Positions 17,299-26,068 of a stretch of DNA of 37,092 nt are shown piece by piece. A program made the position numbers and the translations under genes. The stretch's first letter is position 1, and every line of letters starts with the position of its first letter. The DNA is taken from contig CAZENJ010000004.1 of assembly GCA_964513485.1 (NCBI GenBank), positions 1 through 37,092 of the forward strand, read 5' to 3'. Source of the DNA: an uncultured Thermotogae bacterium (GTDB taxonomy: Bacteria; Bipolaricaulota; Bipolaricaulia; M55B111). A model generated the notes under the pieces. The model saw nothing but the letters and a program-made list of their open reading frames with translations, did no database searches and had not been told where the DNA came from.

Positions 17299-17571
17299 AT
17301 GGAAATCCTAAAAGTCGCGTCAAGATCCAATCCTAATTCCGTTGCCGGCGCAATAGCTGGAGCAATAGAGTCGGATGGTATAGTTGAAGCCCACACTATA
17401 GGTGCGGGCGCTGTAAATCAAGCAGTAAAAGCGATAGCAATTGCCCGACGTTTACTGGACGAAGGGGAGGGGAACATCAACGTTATTCCTGGATTTATCG
17501 ATCTCGAGATAGAAGGAGAGGAGAAAACTGGAATTAAGTTCGTAATTAATCTTGAAGGTAGTCAAAAGTGA
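17299..17571 (+). CDS. spoVS: SpoVS-family protein (stage V sporulation protein S homologue)
   Basis: 90 aa reading MEILKVASRSNPNSVAGAIAGAI...IGAGAVNQAVKAIAIAR...IPGFIDLEIEGEEKTGIKF. This closely follows the SpoVS pattern as I remember it. Confidence 0.9.
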   Translation: MEILKVASRSNPNSVAGAIAGAIESDGIVEAHTIGAGAVNQAVKAIAIARRLLDEGEGNINVIPGFIDLEIEGEEKTGIKFVINLEGSQK

Positions 17572-17701
17572 GGTCGTTTTAATCTTCTCTTCATTCCTAT
17601 TAGTACTGCTTTCACCTTAACTTTACCCAAATATGAAGGGGTTTGGTTTAAGCTTTACGCGTAAAAGGTCACGGAGAAATGCTTTCAGCTGGAATTTTGC
17701 C

Positions 17702-17814
17702 CAGCACTTATTAGAGTTGCTTTACCTGGAAAGTAGTTGATCTCAGACGAGCAGATCACCGGCTAAACGTCTCGACTTGCTCCGGGTAACGCACCTCTGA
17801 TAAGTGCTGTTTTT
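17702..17814 (+). other. Rod-like imperfect hairpin ending in U5 (candidate structured RNA, complex terminator or attenuator)
   Basis: A 15-bp helix CAGCACTTATTAGAG (17702-17716) / CTCTGATAAGTGCTG (17795-17809) has 14 Watson-Crick pairs and 1 G-U. It stacks across a 2x2 loop on GCTTTACCTGG (17719-17729) / CCGGGTAACGC (17782-17792), where 10 of 11 positions pair. TTTTT follows at 17810-17814. Confidence 0.4.
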
Positions 17815-17871
17815 GAAAGAAGGATGGAAGAAGATATTTTTTTGTAATTAGGGGTCAAAGGAGACAAAACC

Positions 17872-17934
17872 GTGGTAAATTTCGGGGCTTTCGGGCAAGT
17901 TTCTTTAAATGATTTGGTTTTCCACCTGAGATGA
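17872..17934 (+). CDS. Candidate 20-codon upstream ORF coupled to argS
   Basis: AAAGGAGA-8 nt-GTG, encoding MVNFGAFGQVSLNDLVFHLR*. The last sense codon is AGA (Arg). Its TGA stop overlaps the argS ATG as AGATGA, and argS has no SD of its own. Confidence 0.3.
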   Translation: MVNFGAFGQVSLNDLVFHLR

Positions 17935-19577
17935 TTAAAGAAGAAATCGAAGAGGTTCTAGCGAAGAGACTGACCGAACTCGGTATCGAACACGGGCCAG
18001 AAGAGCTCGAGGTAGAAGAGCCTTCCAGGGGCGAATTTGGCGATTTTGCTTCCAGCGTCGCTCTGGAGCTGGGTTCCGAGGAGGATGAATCACCCCGGGA
18101 GCTGGCGAAGCGGATAGCGGAAGGAATCGACAGGCAGCTCTTCCAGGAGGTAAGCGTTGCCGGTCCGGGGTTTATCAATTTTGACCTCAGGCGGGAGTTT
18201 CTCGTAGATAGTCTGGCCCGGCTTTTAGAGACCTCGGATCCTTTAACGGACGTCTCCGATAAAGAAAGGGGAAGGATCCAGATAGAATTCGTCTCTTCCA
18301 ATCCTACCGGCCCGCTCACCGTCGGTCACTGCCGGCAGGCCGTTCTTGGCGATATACTGACCTCGCTTTACAGAAAAATCGGTTACGAGGTCGATACGGA
18401 GTACTACTTTAACGACGAAGGCAGGCAGATGGATATCCTCGCCCGGACTCTCTGGGCCCGATACAGCCAGGCACTTGGCCAGTCAGTTGAAATACCGGAA
18501 GACGGGTACAAGGGGGACTACCTGATCGATATCGGAGAGGAGATTGCCTCCGACCATGGCGATCGCTACGCCGAGTGGAACGACGACGCCGCGGACTTCT
18601 TCAAAGAGAAAGGTTTGCAGAAAATGATGGACAGGATCAAGGACGATCTCGCTCTGCTCGGAGTCGAATTTGATGGCTTTTTCCGGGAATCGACGTTGCA
18701 TCAGGAAGGCGAAGTGGAAGAAGTTCTTTCCAGGCTGGAGGAAAGGGACGGGATTTACGAGGAGGACGGTGCTCTCTGGTTGAAGGCGGAGGAAGAGGGG
18801 GCGCCGCAGGACGTCGTGCTGGTTAAAAGCAGCGGTGATCCCACTTATCTTCTGCCGGACGTCGCGTATCATCTGGATAAGTACAGCCGAGGATACGATA
18901 GGGCCATAGTCCTGCTCGGCGCGGACCACCAGCGACACGTCGAAAATATGAAGGCAGCGCTGAGTAAACTGGGTCTCCCCTCCGACTTTTACCAGGTACT
19001 GATAAATCAGTTCGTCAGCCTGACCAGAGAAGGCGAAGTGAAACGCATGTCGACCCGGGAGGGTGAGTTCGTCACCCTGAGAAGTCTGGTGGAGGACATC
19101 GGGCGGGACGTCGTTCGTTATTTCATGGCCGCGCGCAAACCGGAGAGCCACCTCGAATTCGATTACGATCTGGCGAAAGAGGAATCGATGGATAATCCGG
19201 TCTATTATCTTCAGTACGCTCATACCAGAATTGCCAGCATCTTTCGCAAGGCGGAAGGTATTGGCATCGAAGAGGATTTCCAGTTTGATGACGTCGACCT
19301 GACCCGGCTGGAAAAAGACGAAGAGGTGGAACTGATCAAGAAACTCGAAAAGTTTTCCGAGATCGTCGAGATCTCCGCGGCCAATTACGGGCCGCATCAC
19401 CTGGTCAGTTACGGTGAGAACCTTGCCTCGCTTTTTCACGGTTTTTACAACAAGTACAAAGTCCTGAACGATGACGAGGAACTGAGTCGGGCCCGCCTCG
19501 GACTCTGTAAGGGCGTCCAGCTGGTTCTCCGGGAGCTGCTAAGTATTCTGGGAGTTTCGGCCCCGGTCAGCATGTGA
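17931..19577 (+). CDS. argS: Arginine--tRNA ligase
   Basis: 548 aa with SSNPTGPLTVGHCR (HIGH region), MSTREG (KMSKS-equivalent) and the C-terminal DALR anticodon-binding end ...GVSAPVSM. Confidence 0.95.
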   Translation: MIKEEIEEVLAKRLTELGIEHGPEELEVEEPSRGEFGDFASSVALELGSEEDESPRELAKRIAEGIDRQLFQEVSVAGPGFINFDLRREFLVDSLARLLETSDPLTDVSDKERGRIQIEFVSSNPTGPLTVGHCRQAVLGDILTSLYRKIGYEVDTEYYFNDEGRQMDILARTLWARYSQALGQSVEIPEDGYKGDYLIDIGEEIASDHGDRYAEWNDDAADFFKEKGLQKMMDRIKDDLALLGVEFDGFFRESTLHQEGEVEEVLSRLEERDGIYEEDGALWLKAEEEGAPQDVVLVKSSGDPTYLLPDVAYHLDKYSRGYDRAIVLLGADHQRHVENMKAALSKLGLPSDFYQVLINQFVSLTREGEVKRMSTREGEFVTLRSLVEDIGRDVVRYFMAARKPESHLEFDYDLAKEESMDNPVYYLQYAHTRIASIFRKAEGIGIEEDFQFDDVDLTRLEKDEEVELIKKLEKFSEIVEISAANYGPHHLVSYGENLASLFHGFYNKYKVLNDDEELSRARLGLCKGVQLVLRELLSILGVSAPVSM

Positions 19578-19611
19578 TATCAGATAATTTACTCGGGAGG
19601 ATAAGAGCCAG

Positions 19612-20523
19612 ATGAGCTGGTTTGACAGGTTAAAGAACGGACTCAAGAAGACCAGAAATAACTTGATCGGTCGGATTGAGGGAATAATCGGGAATTATAC
19701 TACGGTGAGCCCCGATCTTCTGGACGAAATCGAGGAGTTGCTGGTAACGGCCGACATCGGGGTAAATACCGCCATGGAGATAATTAATCAGCTTAAGGAA
19801 AGAATCGAAGAAGAGGATATCAGGGAGCCGGAGCGACTCGAGGAGTGTCTCAAGCAGGAACTTGAGGCGAGGCTGGCGCCGGCCGAGGAGGAACTGAGCC
19901 TCCGGGAGGACGGACTGACGGTCATGCTGGTAATGGGGGTTAACGGCTCCGGTAAAACCACGACGATTGCCAAGATCGGGGGCAAATATATTTCCGAAGG
20001 CAAGGACGTGGTCTTTGCCGCCTCCGATACATTCAGGGCCGCGGCTATCGAGCAGCTCGAGTTCTGGGCTGACGAAGTGGGCGCGACCGCAATCAGTCAG
20101 GATATCGGTGCGGACCCTTCGGCCGTTGCCTATGATGCCGTCGAATATTCCCTAAATAACGATGCCGACCTGCTTTTAATCGATACCGCCGGCCGACTGC
20201 AGACCAAACACAACCTGATGGAAGAATTGAAGAAGATAGATAGGGTCGTGGAAAAGAAGCTCGGGCGGGCGGTGGATGAAAGATTGCTCACCATTGACGC
20301 TACGAACGGGCAAAATGGAGTATCACAGGCGGAAAAGTTCGATGAGGCCGTTGGATTAACGGGGATCATCCTGACCAAACTGGACAGTACGGCCAAGGGC
20401 GGGGTGATCTTTCAGATCGTGGACGAGTTGTCGGCCCCGATCAAGCTGATTGGAGTTGGCGAAGATCAAAAGGATTTACACGAATTCGAAAGAGAAGAAT
20501 TTGTAGAAGCTTTGTTTAGATAA
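19612..20523 (+). CDS. ftsY: Signal recognition particle receptor FtsY (NG domain only, short N-terminus)
   Basis: 303 aa with GVNGSGKTTTIAKI, DTAGRLQ and TKLDSTAKGG. The SD GGGAGG lies upstream. Confidence 0.95.
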   Translation: MSWFDRLKNGLKKTRNNLIGRIEGIIGNYTTVSPDLLDEIEELLVTADIGVNTAMEIINQLKERIEEEDIREPERLEECLKQELEARLAPAEEELSLREDGLTVMLVMGVNGSGKTTTIAKIGGKYISEGKDVVFAASDTFRAAAIEQLEFWADEVGATAISQDIGADPSAVAYDAVEYSLNNDADLLLIDTAGRLQTKHNLMEELKKIDRVVEKKLGRAVDERLLTIDATNGQNGVSQAEKFDEAVGLTGIILTKLDSTAKGGVIFQIVDELSAPIKLIGVGEDQKDLHEFEREEFVEALFR

Positions 20524-20552
20524 CCTGTATTGAATTAACGGGAGGTTAACTT

Positions 20553-23183
20553 ATGGAGTACGTCTATTTTTTTGGTGGCGGCGAAGCTGACGGATCGGAA
20601 GAACTGGAAGACATTCTTGGCGGTAAAGGTGCCAATCTGGCAGAAATGACCAATATTGGCATACCCGTTCCCGCCGGATTCACGATTTCCGCAGAGGTTT
20701 GTCAGTACTACTACAGGCACGATGAAGTATACCCGGACGGTCTGGAAGAAGAGGTCGACGAAAACCTGAGGCAGCTGGAAGAGGAAAACGGCAAGGAGTT
20801 TGGCGACCCCGAAGACCCGTTATTGCTCTCGATTAGGTCCGGAGCAGCTGTTTCGATGCCGGGCATGATGGACACGGTTTTAAACGTCGGACTGAACGAA
20901 GACACCCTGGAAGGTCTCGTCGATAGGACCGGCAACCAGCGGTTTGGCTGGGATTCCTATCGCAGGTTAATCCAGATGTACGGAGAGGTCGTGAAGGGAA
21001 TAGAGGCCCGGGAGTTCGACCTGGCGCTCGAGGATATCAAGGAAGAAAAAGGAGCGGAAAACGACACGGATCTGACGGTTGACGATCTAAAAGAGGTCGT
21101 CGACGAGTTCAAAAGCATTTACAAGGATAACCTGGGAGAGGAGTTTCCGACCGATCCCCGCGAACAACTCTGGGGAGCAATCGATGCCGTATTTGGCTCC
21201 TGGAATAACCCGAGAGCGATCAAGTACAGAGAGATGAACGATTTACCACACGACGCCATGGGAACGGCCGTCAACGTCCAGACGATGGTATTCGGTAATA
21301 CGGGCGAAAACTCGGCCACAGGAGTTGCTTTTACGAGGAATCCTTCTACCGGGGAAAAGAAACGCTACGGCGAGTACCTGAAGAACGCTCAGGGTGAGGA
21401 CGTAGTGGCCGGCGTCAGAACACCGAAAGACATCAAAGAGCTAAAAGAAGAGATGCCGGAGGCCTGGGAAGAACTGGAAGAGATTTTCCAGAAACTGGAG
21501 GAGCACTACAAGGACGTCCAGGACGTCGAGTTCACCGTCGAGAATTCCGAACTTTACATGCTCCAGACCAGGACAGGTAAGAGGACCGCAAAAGCAGCGG
21601 TAAAAATCGCCGTGGATATGGCGGAGGAAGGCCTGATTGAAGAGGAAACGGCGGTAGGTAGAATAGAACCGGAAACCCTGGACCAGCTGCTTCACCCTTC
21701 TTTCGACGAGGAAGCCGAGAAAGAGGTGCTGGCCAAAGGTTTGAACGCTTCTCCGGGCGCTGCAGTGGGAGAAGTCGTCTTTACGGCCGGTGAAGCGGTG
21801 GAAAGGCGTGATGACGGAGATAAGGTAATTCTCGTTAGAACCGAGACGTCTCCGGAAGACATAGACGGTCTGGAAGCGGCAGAAGGAGTGCTGACTTCCC
21901 GGGGAGGAATGACCTCCCACGCGGCCGTAGTTGCTAGAGGTATGGGCAAACCCGCAGTAGCCGGTTGTGGTGCGCTTGAGATCGACTACGAAGACGAGGA
22001 GTTTGAAGTCGACGGCACGACAGTTAAAAAGGGCGACTACATCTCGATAGACGGTGCTACGGGAGAGGTAATGCTGGGTCAGGTCCCGACCGTCGAACCG
22101 AAGATGGACGAGAACTTCCAAACGCTGATGGAGTGGGCGGACGATATCCGTCAACTGGGCGTAAGGACTAACGCCGATACCCCCGAAGATGCGGGCAAAG
22201 CTAGAGATTACGGAGCAGAGGGAGTCGGGCTCTGCCGGACGGAGCACATGTTCTTTGGCGAGAACCGCCTGCCTTACATCCGCCAGACGATCATGGCAGA
22301 GGACAGCGATGCTCGTGTGGAATACCTTTCAGAACTGGCCAAATTCCAGGAAGATGACTTCGAGGGCATTCTGAGGGAAATGGAGGGTCTGCCGGTAATA
22401 ATCAGGCTGCTTGACCCGCCGCTTCACGAGTTCCTGCCCGATTCGGACGAGGAGATAGAGGAGTTCGCGACCACGGCCGGAATGGAACCGGAAGAAGTCA
22501 GGGCAAAAGTAGACGAGCTAAAAGAATTCAACCCGATGCTCGGACACCGTGGCTGCAGGCTGGGCATTACGATGCCGGAAATCTACGAAATGCAGGTCGA
22601 GGCCATACTGAAGGCCGCCGCAAATCTCCAGTCGGAAGGGGTAAATGCAATACCGAAGATCATGGTCCCACTGGTCGGAGATCCCGAGGAGATGAGGAGC
22701 GTTAGAAGTACCATCGAAAGCGTCGAAGCGGACGTCCTCGAATCCTACGACGTCGACCTTAAATACGAAATTGGGACGATGATCGAGATCCCGAGAGCCT
22801 GCGTCCTTGCCGACGAGATAGCCGAGGACGCCGAATTCTTCTCCTTCGGCACCAACGACCTGACACAGATGACCTTCGGTTTCAGCCGAGACGACGCCGG
22901 AAAATTCCTGGAAGAGTACCTTGAGAAAGGAGTTCTCGAAGACAACCCGTTTGAAACACTCGACGAAAAAGGTGTGGCCCAGATGATGGAAATGGCGACA
23001 GAGCTGGGCAAGAGCACCAAGGAAGACCTTTCGATAGGTATCTGTGGAGAACAGGGCGGAGACCCGAAGTCGATCGAAATTGCCAAGGTCGTCGGCCTCG
23101 ATTACGTAAGTGCTTCTCCGTTTAGGGTGCCGATCGCCAGGCTCGCGGCTGCACAGGCGGAGCTGGATTCGGAAAAAGAATAG
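20553..23183 (+). CDS. ppdK: Pyruvate, phosphate dikinase
   Basis: 876 aa with LGGKGANLAEM, the catalytic His in GGMTSHAAVVARGMG, and the C-terminal PEP/pyruvate domain (RTEHMFF...GICGEQGGDP). Confidence 0.96.
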   Translation: MEYVYFFGGGEADGSEELEDILGGKGANLAEMTNIGIPVPAGFTISAEVCQYYYRHDEVYPDGLEEEVDENLRQLEEENGKEFGDPEDPLLLSIRSGAAVSMPGMMDTVLNVGLNEDTLEGLVDRTGNQRFGWDSYRRLIQMYGEVVKGIEAREFDLALEDIKEEKGAENDTDLTVDDLKEVVDEFKSIYKDNLGEEFPTDPREQLWGAIDAVFGSWNNPRAIKYREMNDLPHDAMGTAVNVQTMVFGNTGENSATGVAFTRNPSTGEKKRYGEYLKNAQGEDVVAGVRTPKDIKELKEEMPEAWEELEEIFQKLEEHYKDVQDVEFTVENSELYMLQTRTGKRTAKAAVKIAVDMAEEGLIEEETAVGRIEPETLDQLLHPSFDEEAEKEVLAKGLNASPGAAVGEVVFTAGEAVERRDDGDKVILVRTETSPEDIDGLEAAEGVLTSRGGMTSHAAVVARGMGKPAVAGCGALEIDYEDEEFEVDGTTVKKGDYISIDGATGEVMLGQVPTVEPKMDENFQTLMEWADDIRQLGVRTNADTPEDAGKARDYGAEGVGLCRTEHMFFGENRLPYIRQTIMAEDSDARVEYLSELAKFQEDDFEGILREMEGLPVIIRLLDPPLHEFLPDSDEEIEEFATTAGMEPEEVRAKVDELKEFNPMLGHRGCRLGITMPEIYEMQVEAILKAAANLQSEGVNAIPKIMVPLVGDPEEMRSVRSTIESVEADVLESYDVDLKYEIGTMIEIPRACVLADEIAEDAEFFSFGTNDLTQMTFGFSRDDAGKFLEEYLEKGVLEDNPFETLDEKGVAQMMEMATELGKSTKEDLSIGICGEQGGDPKSIEIAKVVGLDYVSASPFRVPIARLAAAQAELDSEKE

Positions 23184-23225
23184 TTAATTTGGTAAGAACC
23201 GAGAACTGAATACGATTTTTTATCC

Positions 23226-23255
23226 GGGGGAGCCGGGTTCGGCTCCCCCGTTTTT
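23226..23255. terminator. Bidirectional rho-independent terminator between convergent ppdK and the SBP gene
   Basis: GGGGGAGCCG-GGTT-CGGCTCCCCC (10-bp stem) is followed by GTTTTT on the plus strand and preceded by an A/T-rich run. The stop codon of the minus-strand gene overlaps the T-tract. Confidence 0.8.
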
Positions 23256-25044
23256 ATTCTTTAACCCAGACGAACTCGGCAAAGTCGATAAAAGTGCCGA
23301 GGCGGCTAAATTCCGCCGTATTCCTCAGGGACGAGTTAGTTGCGAAGAGAAAGCTCTCTCCGGGGAGATAAATGATCGGCAGATATTCCGCATATATCTC
23401 CTGGAACCTGTCGTAATAACTTTTTCTGGCCTCGAAGCCCGAAGCCCTCAGGCCCTTTCGGAACAATTCGTCGATTTTCTTTTCCCAGTCCGTTGGATTC
23501 GTCCGCGCTTCCGGATGCCAGAGGTGTACCGGACCAGAAGTCGTAAATAAGTCTGATAGAGTTGACGGCTCCACCGGGTTGGACAGGATCCGGATAATTG
23601 CAGCCTGGTAGTTACCCCGGATCAGCCGAGAGGAAAATTTTTCGAAGGAAGTTTGCTTTACTTCGGCTTCTATCCCGACTTTATTTAAGCTATCGCTGAT
23701 TACTCTGGCGGAGCCGGTTCTCACCTTGTTATCTTCATTTACCAGTATTGTGAAACTTACTTTTTCTCCCGACCTTGACTCGAGCCAGCCGTCGCCGTTC
23801 CTGTCGTTGAGATCCAGTTCTTTCAGTAAATCTTTTGCCTGATCCGGATCGTGTTCCCGGGGAACGAGCTCTCGCAGGGAGCGGTTATGGTAGGGAGATA
23901 ACCGTGATATCGGTCCGTACTGTAATTTGCCGAAGCTATTGAAAACTTCGTTTATCAGCTTCTGTCTATCGATCAAGTAGGAAACTGCCCGGCGAAATTT
24001 GGAGCTTCGAAAGAGCTCCCCCAGTTTTTCTTCATCCGTATTCCAGTTGAAGACGAGAAAGTCCGAGTTCAGCGGGACTCCCCGGCTGTCAGCCCCGGTA
24101 GTTACCCGCCAGCCTTCGTCTTCGTCGTTGCTCAGCAGGTAGGGCATGTCCTGGACCTGGGCCCGCAACAAATCCGTCTCGTCGTTTTTGAATTTGAGGA
24201 ATTCTACGTCGGTGTCCTCCACTTTGAACACCCGGTATCGATCCAGGTAAGGTAGCTGAGTTCCCTCCGGATCGACCTTGTAGTAATAAGGGTTCCGCGA
24301 TAGAACTATTTTTTCGTTCGGAACGAACTTTTCCAGCTGGAAGGGTCCGGCTCCAACTATCTTTTCCGGATTGCTGGCGCCGGTTTCCAGATCCCAGGTT
24401 TCGTGGAACTCTTCCGGGTTGAAATCCCTGAAAAGGTGCTGAGGATAAATTCCCGTACCGACGCGCCGCAGGAAAGGACCATGTGGTTCCGGAAGGGTAA
24501 AACTTATCGTCAGCTCGTCCAACCGGGAGATTTCGGGAAGCTGGCCGTTTATCCGCAAAACCTCCCTTTTCTCCGTCTCTACTTTTTGGTTAAAGATCAG
24601 TTTTCTGTATGTAAAGACTACGTCCTCTGCCGTCAGCGGCTTTCCGTCGGAAAAACGCAAGCCCCTGCGGAGATGAAAAGTGTAAGTGAGCCCGTCCTCC
24701 GAGACCTCCCATGATTTTGCCATGCCGGGAACTATCCTGCCGTTGAGGGGATTTTCGGCGACCAGTCCTGAACCCATTATTATTCGGGTTACGTCCTTGG
24801 TGGCTTTTCTATCACCGAGGAGATTGTTAAAAGTTTTGGGAAACTCCTGGGCCGAGAACTTTACTTCACCACCCGGTTCTCCGGGGGACAGCCGATCCAT
24901 ATCCCAGAGCGAATTCTCCTGTCCCAAAGGAATTACCTGTGGTTCGGCCGGCGGGTGGCTCTCCCGCGCCATCCCCTGAGCGGAGACGAAGACAAATATT
25001 GAACAAAGCAATAGGATGAGAAAGCTAAGGCGTCTTTGCTTCAT
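23254..25044 (-). CDS. ABC-transporter solute-binding protein, family 5 (peptide/nickel/oligosaccharide type), secreted
   Basis: 596 aa with a signal peptide (MKQRRLSFLILLLCSIFVFVSAQG). Size and sequence pattern resemble OppA/DppA-type SBPs. The SD AAGGAGG lies inside the 3' end of the upstream gene. Confidence 0.85.
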   Translation of the reverse strand: MKQRRLSFLILLLCSIFVFVSAQGMARESHPPAEPQVIPLGQENSLWDMDRLSPGEPGGEVKFSAQEFPKTFNNLLGDRKATKDVTRIIMGSGLVAENPLNGRIVPGMAKSWEVSEDGLTYTFHLRRGLRFSDGKPLTAEDVVFTYRKLIFNQKVETEKREVLRINGQLPEISRLDELTISFTLPEPHGPFLRRVGTGIYPQHLFRDFNPEEFHETWDLETGASNPEKIVGAGPFQLEKFVPNEKIVLSRNPYYYKVDPEGTQLPYLDRYRVFKVEDTDVEFLKFKNDETDLLRAQVQDMPYLLSNDEDEGWRVTTGADSRGVPLNSDFLVFNWNTDEEKLGELFRSSKFRRAVSYLIDRQKLINEVFNSFGKLQYGPISRLSPYHNRSLRELVPREHDPDQAKDLLKELDLNDRNGDGWLESRSGEKVSFTILVNEDNKVRTGSARVISDSLNKVGIEAEVKQTSFEKFSSRLIRGNYQAAIIRILSNPVEPSTLSDLFTTSGPVHLWHPEARTNPTDWEKKIDELFRKGLRASGFEARKSYYDRFQEIYAEYLPIIYLPGESFLFATNSSLRNTAEFSRLGTFIDFAEFVWVKE

Positions 25045-25045
25045 A

Positions 25046-26023
25046 CTAACCTCCTTGCCGGGCGGTATTTGCTTTTAACATTCTATCCGCCAGAGCCTTT
25101 ATCACGGCGGAACCGTAAGCTGCGCTTTTGTAACCGGTCGCGGCACAGGCCATCCGAAGTAACTCCGTCCTGGACCTGTCCGAGCTGATCAGAGAGCTAG
25201 CCCAGGCCATGGCCGCGCCATCCCTTAACTCTTCTGTCGGCCCGTCGGAGGCGAGCTCTTCCAGTTCCTCCGGGGCGACTTTCCCCCGGGCCGATTTTCC
25301 GTAAGCCCGACCGGCCGCTTCTCTGAGCCAGCGGTTTTCCTCTCCGTCCGTCGCAGTTGCTCGTAATTCCGCCAGAGAAGGACTGGGGGGCATCTGGCTG
25401 GCATAGCGAATTGCCAGCGCCCCGGCCGCCCCTCGTTTTATCGTCTCATGAGGAGACGTCCGGATGAGTTGCTTCAGTTCTTCTGCGGAGTAATGATTGG
25501 GGTAGATCGATTCCAGCGCTATCCCGGCGGCCTCTTTCAGAACCCCGGTTGCTTCGCCTGTCGCGATTTCCTCCAGTTCTTCCATAGAATAACCTTCGAG
25601 GTCGTTGAGGTTAAAAGCAAGGTAATAGAGACCGAGTGCGTCACTTGCTGCCGCCCTGATTGCCGGAGAAGCTTCCCCGCTTTTTATCTTTGCCTCAAGC
25701 TCTTTCGCCTTCTTTTGTGCCTCCTGCAATGAACCGACTTTTTTTACGTCTTCAAATTTTCGCGCAAGGGCGTTTATCGCCGCATCGCGAAGTTCGTCCG
25801 TCCTGCCTTCGCTGGCCACTGCTTCCAGTTTATCCAGTTGAAAACCGAGCCGAACGTATTTCTTCGCAAGTGCCCGGGAAGCGGCAGCCCTGACTTCCGG
25901 AATAAAATCCGATCCGGCCAGGAGTTCCAGCTGTTCTACTGTCGTGGCCTGGACTGGCGCCCCTGCACCCAGAATTAAAGCAAAACTCAAGAAGAGAATC
26001 GAGATTTTGTAGCGAACAGCCAT
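25046..26023 (-). CDS. Secreted alpha-helical repeat protein (HEAT/PBS-lyase-like repeats)
   Basis: 325 aa with a signal peptide ending APVQA. At least seven copies of an [EP]x[LIV][RK]xAAxxA[LY] unit are present: EVRAAASRAL, ELRDAAINAL, AIRAAASDAL, VLKEAAGIAL, TIKRGAAGAL, WLREAAGRAY, ELRDGAAMAW. Its stop lies 1 nt before the SBP ATG. Confidence 0.7.
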   Translation of the reverse strand: MAVRYKISILFLSFALILGAGAPVQATTVEQLELLAGSDFIPEVRAAASRALAKKYVRLGFQLDKLEAVASEGRTDELRDAAINALARKFEDVKKVGSLQEAQKKAKELEAKIKSGEASPAIRAAASDALGLYYLAFNLNDLEGYSMEELEEIATGEATGVLKEAAGIALESIYPNHYSAEELKQLIRTSPHETIKRGAAGALAIRYASQMPPSPSLAELRATATDGEENRWLREAAGRAYGKSARGKVAPEELEELASDGPTEELRDGAAMAWASSLISSDRSRTELLRMACAATGYKSAAYGSAVIKALADRMLKANTARQGG

Positions 26024-26068
26024 TTTTCCACCCCTTAAATCAGTGCTGAGTTTACAGAGATCCTGTTT

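Noticed and set aside
17702-17814. Small (4.5S-type) SRP RNA, considered because of the rod shape, the size and the nearby ftsY.
   Set aside because: The conserved domain IV core (GGUCCGGAAGGAAGCAGCC, with a GNAR tetraloop and flanking symmetric and asymmetric loops) is absent on both strands.
17690-17930. T-box leader upstream of argS. Fragments such as AGAG, GGUAACGC and GUGGUA recall Stem I and T-box sequences.
   Set aside because: I could not find a specifier loop presenting an Arg codon followed by a purine. There is no AGGGUGGNACCGCG-type T-box sequence (only GUGGUA, followed by AAUUU). There is no terminator/antiterminator alternative next to the start codon.
18483-19439. A 318-aa ORF antisense to argS. 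Similar long shadow ORFs occur at 21441-22247 (antisense to ppdK), 30723-31598 (antisense to csaB), 6478-7104 and 5632-6000 (antisense to the ATPase), and 11917-12771 (alternate frame of sufB).
   Set aside because: Each lies wholly inside a gene with unmistakable family signatures on the other strand or frame. Their sequences are low-complexity (Arg/Gly/Ser/Pro/Phe-rich). The Glu/Asp/Lys-rich codon usage of the real genes removes stop codons from the complementary frames. I found no independent SD or promoter evidence for them.
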